Positions 55,800 to 64,000 of a stretch of DNA of 64,000 nucleotides are shown here, piece after piece. Both the position numbers and the translations under genes were made by a program. Location: NCBI GenBank assembly GCA_951406725.2, contig OX597821.1, positions 55,428,001 to 55,492,000 on the forward strand. Reading direction: 5' to 3'. Under the pieces are notes generated by a model. The model made no database searches and had not been told where the DNA came from. It saw only the letters and a list, made by a program, of their open reading frames with translations. Source of the DNA: Octopus vulgaris. Lineage: Eukaryota. Each line of letters begins with the position of its first letter. The first letter of the stretch is position 1.

Positions 55800-57300
55800 A
55801 CTGAAAACATTTCAGGTGAATGTTTATATAACTCCTATTCTCTCGACATTTCATAAGGTTGATATAATTTCCAATGCATGAAACTTTACAACTTCGTCAG
55901 GTTTATAAATGTATTTAGAAGAGGGATGGGTGGCTACGAATTAACAAATGAAACAGTATGCTTAATTATTTCTTTCCCATCTTCACACTTGTGCAATTAC
56001 TTAATGTATTCTATTTCATTGCATGAATTTGATGATTTCTTTGGGGAGGTATTCGTAGCTGTACTGCAATAGAAAACACTGTGAACTCTTGTCCTTCTCT
56101 TGCAGCACCACGAGATTTTTTAGTCTATTTGTGTTTGAAATTTGTTCATGTATTGTCCTATAAAGGTTCCCTTGCTATCGTTTTAGTATTCATTTTTTTG
56201 CCGCTTCATAATATATTCTTTTGTTTCTTCTTTCTCCTCGCAACTGACTGTTTCGTTTTGCTTTTATTTGTTACCTTCCTGGAATACCGAAATATAGTAT
56301 TAGTGCTTCGTCTGTCATTTGATTAAGATTATATTATTCATTAATGGGGATTTTGTATTCCTAAAATGTAAAGTTTCCGTAATCATTTGTTTGCATAAGG
56401 CATCTCCTTTACCATGGGGAACCATCTTTATTTGATTTAGCAAGTGTAATCGTAGTGTTTCTTATTTTTTCTGTATATCAGATTTATTTAGCGTCTAAAT
56501 CGGACTATTATAAATATAAATTACTACCGGAACGCCTGTAGTACTAATGCACCTGCAATACAAAGAACAATGTAATACATTTTTATTTGTATTTTACTTT
56601 TTTTATATAGTACTAAATCATTTATGATATTTTTTACTAGATGTTGCTCTCATATGCGCGTCATGCACATGGTCAAGTTCACAGATTTCTCAGTTTTTTT
56701 ATATCAAATATTTTTGCCACTTCTTTTTCTCTATGGGCTATAATATTAGCATTCTCACTAACCTTTTCACATAGAAAATTGAAGTGGCGCATTTTCTCTA
56801 ATCTGAATCCCACTTTCATTTCAATTGTAAGCCTATGTAATGTCAGAAGCATGTTTCTCCTTGTTTATGATTTGTGGCATACAACACAATTTTCCCTATG
56901 TACAAAATATAAACGATTGCGTTCTCCACAACATTTGAATCCGAGTTTAAATTGGCTTAACGTATCGTTTAAGTGCGGGAAAGGTGGAAAGGATTGTCAT
57001 CGAATATTCTCGTTCTAATACAGAAAGCTTAGTTTTAATATACCAACATTTGATGACTCTATGAATAAAAAATCGGTTGTCCTTTACGAATGACGTTTTC
57101 GGAATAAGTGCATATTATTGTTACTATTTTACTATTATGTCTAGGGTCCAGGTATTCTGAGAAGTCTAAAGTGTTTTAATATTTTTTATTATAAGCGAAA
57201 AATTTGTTCTCCATGAAAAAATGCAGTGACAAGCCTCTACATGTTCAAATATCTATCAAACATATTTCAACTGCTCTTAAGTTTGTAAGCATCCCTTCAC
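55800..57300 (-). mobile_element. Penelope-like remnant (very decayed RT and EN)
   Basis: Minus FDDNPFHLS resembles FDI..FYPS; KNIL..TFIGQ resembles the GIY-YIG motif. Confidence 0.4.
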
Positions 57301-58723
57301 CACTTCGCATATTTAATCACATATTTCTTCTGGTATGACATTCTTTATGCGCAATCAGTAAATAACGATCACTTAAGATAAAGAAATATTTGCATCGTAA
57401 TCAGCGCAAAACTTTTTTTTTATTAATATGTTGGGCTGAGAAAGCAAACAAGTTCGAAATGCATTCATCAGTCCAATAGAAATCGCTTGGAGCAGACTAT
57501 TTTGTTTTTACACCTTTTTTTTTTATCTCAAGCGAGAATTTCTTTCTCATAGCAAGATGTAGTGAACAACGTTTACAGGTTCAAATAACTCTCAAGAATA
57601 TTTAAGCTAGCCTAAAGTTTGCACACTTTCCTTATTGGTTTCAAATCTCCTTACGTACATTTGTGTGAGCGTATTTTTTATCAATTAGCTGTAAAGCTTC
57701 ACAATGCGAGACTTATCGGATTTTGGGTTACATGCATAACTTTGTGGGTCTATCACTCGATTAACCACAACCACATGGTTGTTAAGTATATTTAGTGGAA
57801 TCTACTCTGTTGGGTGCGTCCGGTTCCATGCCTCCCATTTGTGGATTACTTCCTCTGTTCTTTCTAACTATCTCAGCTCTTGAAATAATTATGTTCCCTG
57901 CCCTTTTTTCTCTGATGAAGTGATACATTAAAATACACCTAGTTTATAATCAATGTTCACAATTATGTCTTTGGTTATTTCGGTCGTACACCGCAACTGC
58001 CTGCAATACCCTCGTTACATTCATCTTTTCCGAGATATCGAAATCCAAACGTTTGAATGTACATCAACACGCATCGATTAACACAACTTGAGTTTGAGGA
58101 GAACTAGCAAATAAATGTTTATAATTATTTTTGAATATCAATTTGACATTTTTACCCCATAGATAATAATGTGCGTATGTGGAAAGAGTTGCAAACTTTC
58201 CTTACATAGTATCAAGTAATTATGATCATTACTTGCAGAAAATTTATTGATACACTCAAATATTAATAGGGAGTATTAAAGTATGAAGTGAACTTTCGTA
58301 GGAACCAGGAATTAGCCATTGATATGAAAAATAGTTGACACAGGGAATAATAGAAACAAGCTGTATCGTGACAGCCATATCTATGATCAGCTTTACTGGG
58401 ATCTACAGATAAGATGCTTGGTCTAAATTATCGAATCAAAGAATGAGAGGAAACATTAAAGGAGATTGAATGAATTAGCTTTGGGAGAGTTGAATTACAT
58501 TAAGCTTATAATAAGTGTATCATGGAAGGAAAAGTGATATCTTTAATGAAATAACGATGCAAGTAAAGTGCTAAGGGATTGCTGTCTACAATGTTAGATG
58601 AAATAATTCAAGTTAAGCGGTGAATAAGTGTAAGGAGGGAAAATGATGTTAGATGACGATAGTAGATCTGAAAAGATAAGATATATGTATGTACTTATTT
58701 ATCACCCTCTCTTTCTTTCTGTG

Positions 58724-58769
<46 letters not shown>

Positions 58770-58777
58770 TATACATA

Positions 58778-58812
<35 letters not shown>

Positions 58813-58838
58813 ACACAAACATACACACACACACACAC

Positions 58839-58894
<56 letters not shown>

Positions 58895-58979
58895 CATATA
58901 TATATATACATAGATATATACATATATATATATGTATATATATATACACATATATATGTATACATAAACATATATATAC

Positions 58980-59013
<34 letters not shown>

Positions 59014-59171
59014 GTGTGTGTGTGTGTGAATATATATATATATATATATATATATCGTTCAAATTTGTACAAATGTACAAAACACAAAAGACAGAGACAG
59101 GTGAAGGAACAACGAACAAGGTGTATTAGTTTCATGCTTAGGAAAAATGAAAGACGTCTTTTACGTTTCTT

Positions 59172-59321
59172 TCAAGATTCTCTGATTCTCTTGAGAGCCG
59201 TTTGCACCGCAGATAGAGAACATTTCATCTTGTGAGCGATTTTCCTTTGAGACAGTCCATCTTCATGATGAGCTACGATTTGACCTCGCTCACACTCACT
59301 CAACTCCCTTGTTGTAGGCAT
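59172..59321 (-). mobile_element. Tc1 transposase N-terminal HTH fragment
   Basis: [45 protein letters not shown]. Confidence 0.75.
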
Positions 59322-59664
59322 TGTAGTATCTATCAGCTGTATCTACAACGTACTTTAACGCAAAACTCTGAAATAATCAAGGAAACTCGATTCATTAATA
59401 ATGACATTACTGCAAATGTGATCAGTGAAGTAACTTATAAGTATGATATCTGACCCCAAGGTAATATTTGGTTAAATAATAACCACCGTAACATTCCTCC
59501 ATACCATTAATCAGTGTCGGTGATATCGTAGTGAGGAATCCAACATTTTCCTCGATTGAGAAAATGCAAATTATTAATTCACAATATAACATCGTTCTTC
59601 ACTTTCGCATAGCAGTAAACTTGTGAGAACAGAATTTTATATTTAGAGTAGTCAATGTGAAAAC

Positions 59665-59790
59665 ATGATGTCGGGTGGTTAAGCTATTGAGTTCCTGACT
59701 ATTAAGTTGTGGTTTCAATTCCCAGACAGGAAGGTGATTTTGTCCTTGAGCAAGGTACCTCATTTCCCTTGATTCAGTCCACTCAGAAAA
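59665..59790 (+). mobile_element. tRNA-head SINE fragment (third family)
   Basis: GTGGTTAAG..GGTTTCAATTCCC..GTCCTTGAGCAAGGTAC. Confidence 0.5.
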
Positions 59791-60629
59791 AATCTTACAT
59801 CTTACTGCAGGTATATGACACACACACACTCTCTCTCTCTCTCTCTCTCTCTTTCTTCTCCAGTACTCTCTAGTTGTCACATACTGAACGTTTCACGTTT
59901 GAAAGGGTTTCAGTGTCTACTTATTACTATAAGGACACCTAAAGCAAGTAATGAGAAAATGGTACATTCTATCAAATTAAACTCGCTAGTGTGATGTTCG
60001 TGGTGTTTTTAATACTTAATATTTTTCCTGCAAAAACATTGGTAACCAACACCAAGAAGGCTTTCGTTTGTACAAGGCAACAATGGGATCTTCTTTCTTA
60101 ATGTGCCATAATGAAGGATTGGACACTGGATTTGTAAAGCTTACTTTTTAAACATACTGCCCTATCTGTGCTTATTGTTATATTAGGTAGATATCTACCT
60201 GGACTAGGTTTTTCAAAATATATATATAAGCTGGTTTCCAGTTTTGATTTATGTCGTCCCATTTTAATGATTACAGTCCCTTCTTTTTTTGTAGGAAAAA
60301 TATTTAATACTGTCTATTTAAATTCAGTTGTCTAAAATAATTTAAGCTTTTAACAATAACTTGGATTGATCTAAGAAATCAATAGACATAGCGGTGCCGG
60401 GATTGTTAATTAAAATGTAATCAGAACATTAGCAAATATATTCCCAGTTAAAGAGTTCGCTGACATCAGACATCTGATGTCAATCTTTACCCCTTCGTAT
60501 CCATACCTAGTGAGAATCTAAGACCGAGTTTCCAATTTTATCCAGTTTTGACAAAGTTCTTGCTTGCTACCATTCCTCTGCTAGATAAACCATAAAAATA
60601 AAACCAGACGTCAGCACAATATATTTTAA

Positions 60630-60832
60630 GTTTTTAATTGTTTCAGTCATTAGACTGCGGCCCTACTGGGGCACCGCCTTGGCGAAGTTTTAGTAGAATG
60701 CATCAATCCCAGTAAAATTTGTAAAAGTGATACTTTTTCTATCAATCTCCTTTGCCCACTAATTTACGGGGGCACCAGCACCGGCTGTCAAGTGCACCAG
60801 CATCGGCTGTGGGGACAAATACATAGAAAAAG

Positions 60833-60866
<34 letters not shown>

Positions 60867-60870
60867 CACT
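60630..60870 (-). mobile_element. SINE family 2, 3' half
   Basis: Reverse complement of the body seen at 22950 and 63115. Confidence 0.7.
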
Positions 60871-61569
60871 CATAATATATATATATTAACCACATTTTAC
60901 TGTTGAGATCAGTTTAAAAATGTCAAATATTTATTAGAAATAAATTTTTTTATGTAGATTTGGTTCCAAAAGAAAAGATTCTTTCTAGAAATATCGCATC
61001 TGAGAAAAATCACTGAATAAAGCGATTAATCTTTTTTATGAATTACGGATAATCTGCAATCTTAAGCTCTTTTATAAATGCAGATAATACATTTTAAGGG
61101 AAGTATGATTTAGATCTTTATATTTTATTCAATATATACAAAAGCAAACTTACATTGCATATATAATTTACATACATCAATAGGATTTCCTTTTCTAACA
61201 AGAACTAACCATCAAAGATTTGTTCCTCTTTCTCTTGCCTTATACCTGCTGTGTTCATGAAATAATGATTGCTAAATAGTCACGAAATACTTCTTGAAAT
61301 ATAGAATGCTCTGCAACGAAAACCACATTAGGCCTGTAGCAAATCACAGACTTACAAACCATTGGGTTTCGAGACATGAACTTATAAATTTAATTATCGT
61401 ACATCTCCACTCCAAAAGAGAGATGAATTATGTACTGAGAAAACTTCGACAGGATTTGAACTTGCACTGTGACAAAGGCTAAAACAATCATTAAAAAGAA
61501 GAAATAGTTGTTTCTTAATTTTAATGCTTTCTGATTTAGGTACAATCCTATTGATTTTGAAGAGAAGGA

Positions 61570-61705
61570 ATTAGTCGTTTCCATCGACTCCAGCATTTAA
61601 CTGGTAATTGACTATACTAACCCCGAAAAGAGGTGAGGCAAAGTTTAACCTGGCGATATTTGAAGATACATTGTAAAGCGCAGTAAGAAATAACGCAAAG
61701 TATTA
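61570..61705 (-). mobile_element. SINE family 1 (diverged)
   Basis: CGACTCCAGC..AACTGGTA..CCCCGAAAAG..AGGCAAAG. Confidence 0.55.
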
Positions 61706-62841
61706 GCCAGTATGATTCACACAAACCAAGGACATTAAAAGGACAAGATTACAGAAAAATAGATAGGTATTTTACGTGTAGACAGAATGTATAACAAACT
61801 TAGTAGCAATAAAATGCTAATAGAGAAATGTCGCTGTAAGCGATAGGCTTTACAGGGTTACACATTGAAATCCAACTAAAACATGCCCTGATTGCAAATG
61901 CAGGTGTTCTCTTCCACTTCTGCTCCACCAATACTCAGAGGCCTGTTTGGATCAGGCTTGTACACTCGGGCTACCCACCTTTCAAAACCTTTGCTAGAAG
62001 GCAGCACTTTCCTCGCCACACTTTTCTCTTTTTAACTGAAACTTGAAAATATTAAATGTTAAGACAAAATGAAAATGTCTGTATCCAGCTAAATCTCTTT
62101 CTCCAAAACCACCAGACAGATAAAGACCACTACCCCTACAGGCTGAAGAAAGGCGATGTGACCGATCTTCACAATAGACTCAGCTGATAGCTGGTTCCAT
62201 CCTACACGTGACAGCAGTTGTTCCACACATCACTGTAACTCAGCCACCCTAGGCCAGGGATATCTGACAATTATCTATAAGTATAGTCTTGAAGTCTTCC
62301 AGACTAATTGGTATATTTTCATGAACCTCACGAATTCTTTGAGTCCATCGTTAAATTAGACCATCAATAAACCTCTATAGGACGCCAGTGTGGAATTCCT
62401 ACCGACTGCAGTTGCTCGACTGGTTGAGATCTGTGAGTGCTTGAAACGTTTGGAATGCTAGACTCTTCATATTGATTTCTGCTTGACCTAGGACTGCGGT
62501 TCTGTCAAAGAAACAAGCTGGGAGAAAAATGTATTTGTAAAACAGAGCCCAAATCTTCTCACCGCCAAGGAATTCAAGAAATCGCTTGATATGTGGTAAC
62601 CTAAAAAATAAATGAACACTCAAGCGGGTTTAACCGATGAAGCAACGGAAATTGCCAAAACGGACGTCGTCAGTAAGAATTCTCGATCGGTATTTTTCGG
62701 ACAATTATGGTCCCTGTTAGTGCATAAATTGTCATTCATCTGTTAATTACAGCATTAGAGTACTTTATCTCTTATTTCTAGCAATGTAAGTGCTTCTTAG
62801 CACCGTAGGCACATTTAGTGATAATTATACATACACACACA

Positions 62842-62931
<90 letters not shown>

Positions 62932-63065
62932 GCGTCCCAACCATATGTTTCAGAGTTCAGTTTCACTGCGTGGCACCCCGGGCAGGTGTCTTGTACTTTA
63001 GCCTCGGGCCGAACAGGGCTTTGTAAGTGGATTTGGTAGACGAAAGCTAAAAGAAGTCCATCGGA

Positions 63066-63110
<45 letters not shown>

Positions 63111-63310
63111 GTGCGTTTGTCCCCCCACCAACGCTTGACAACCTAAGCTGGTGTGTTAACGTCCCAGTAAATTATTGTTTCGGCAAAAGATACCGATAGA
63201 ATAAGTACTAGGCTTGCAAACTATAAGTCCCGGGATCGATTTGTTCGACTAAATGTGGTGGTCCGGTATGGCCGCATTTAAATGAGAGAAACAAGTGAAT
63301 GAAGAAAAGA
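62932..63310 (+). mobile_element. SINE family 2, near full length, with internal (TA)n
   Basis: Head CCCAACCATATG..GAGTTCAG..CACTGCGTGGCACC, internal microsatellite, conserved 3' body. Confidence 0.85.
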
Positions 63311-63326
63311 ATATATGTACGTTGTG

Positions 63327-63472
63327 TTGTTTCAGTTTGCGTCAACCAAATCCTCTCACAAGATTTTGGTTGGCGCCAGTCTATAGTATAAGCCACTTGC
63401 TGAAAATGCCAAGCAGGGGGACTGAATCGGTGTCATGTGGTGGGGAAACAAGGTTCTGACCACACAGCCACG
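63327..63472 (-). mobile_element. SINE family 2, 5' half
   Basis: Reverse complement begins CGTGGCTGTGTGGTCAGAACC and parallels 62932-63060. Confidence 0.75.
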
Positions 63473-63831
63473 AATACCTTTCTATAAATTAATTAAACCA
63501 TAGCCACCATCACAGGAAATTGTACTACGTTTAAGTTTTACATCTGAACATATAGGAGAATTTGATGTTGTGTCTTAAAACAGGCAAAAAAAGAATATAT
63601 GGATAAGCAATTTAAATTCAGTTGTCTAAAATAATTTAAGCTTTTAACAATAACTTCGATTGATCTAAGAGATCAATAGACATAGCGGTGCCAGGATTGT
63701 TAATTAAAAGGTAATCAGAACATTAGCAAATGTATTCCCAGTTAAAGAGGGCATGGCAAAGAGTTAACTGACATCAGACATCTGATGTAATCATCACCCC
63801 TTCGTATCCATACCTACGGTGGATACACACG

Positions 63832-63893
<62 letters not shown>

Positions 63894-64000
63894 TATATTT
63901 ATATTTATATGCATATATATATATATATTACGGAGATGTACTTGCATAGCAAGTGATTTGATCTGAGATCGTGTGCTGGAACGAAAACAATTGCAGCGTG

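Overview
Eukaryotic, very AT-rich, microsatellite-saturated DNA with no intact host gene. The SINE families and repeat landscape most resemble an octopus/coleoid cephalopod (inferred from recalled repeat consensus, not a database result). Most of the window is decayed transposable elements: about 9 REL-endonuclease non-LTR retrotransposon (R4/Dong-like) pieces, most sitting in (TAA)n tracts; a ~555-bp non-autonomous element that shares their 5' end; many Penelope-like (GIY-YIG) remnants, one with a recognisable minimal hammerhead ribozyme; RTE and Tx1/L1 LINE remnants; a Gypsy/Mag LTR remnant; Tc1/mariner elements; MITEs; and tRNA-type SINEs. Nearly all supplied ORFs are microsatellite or TE artefacts. 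The most notable non-TE signal is a ~1-kb, intronless, frameshifted minus-strand relic at 41299-42281 with Cys-loop ligand-gated ion channel architecture, a candidate pseudogene of the cephalopod chemotactile/atypical acetylcholine receptor family. No prokaryote-type system (CRISPR, operon etc.) is supported. Coordinates of old TE remnants are approximate.
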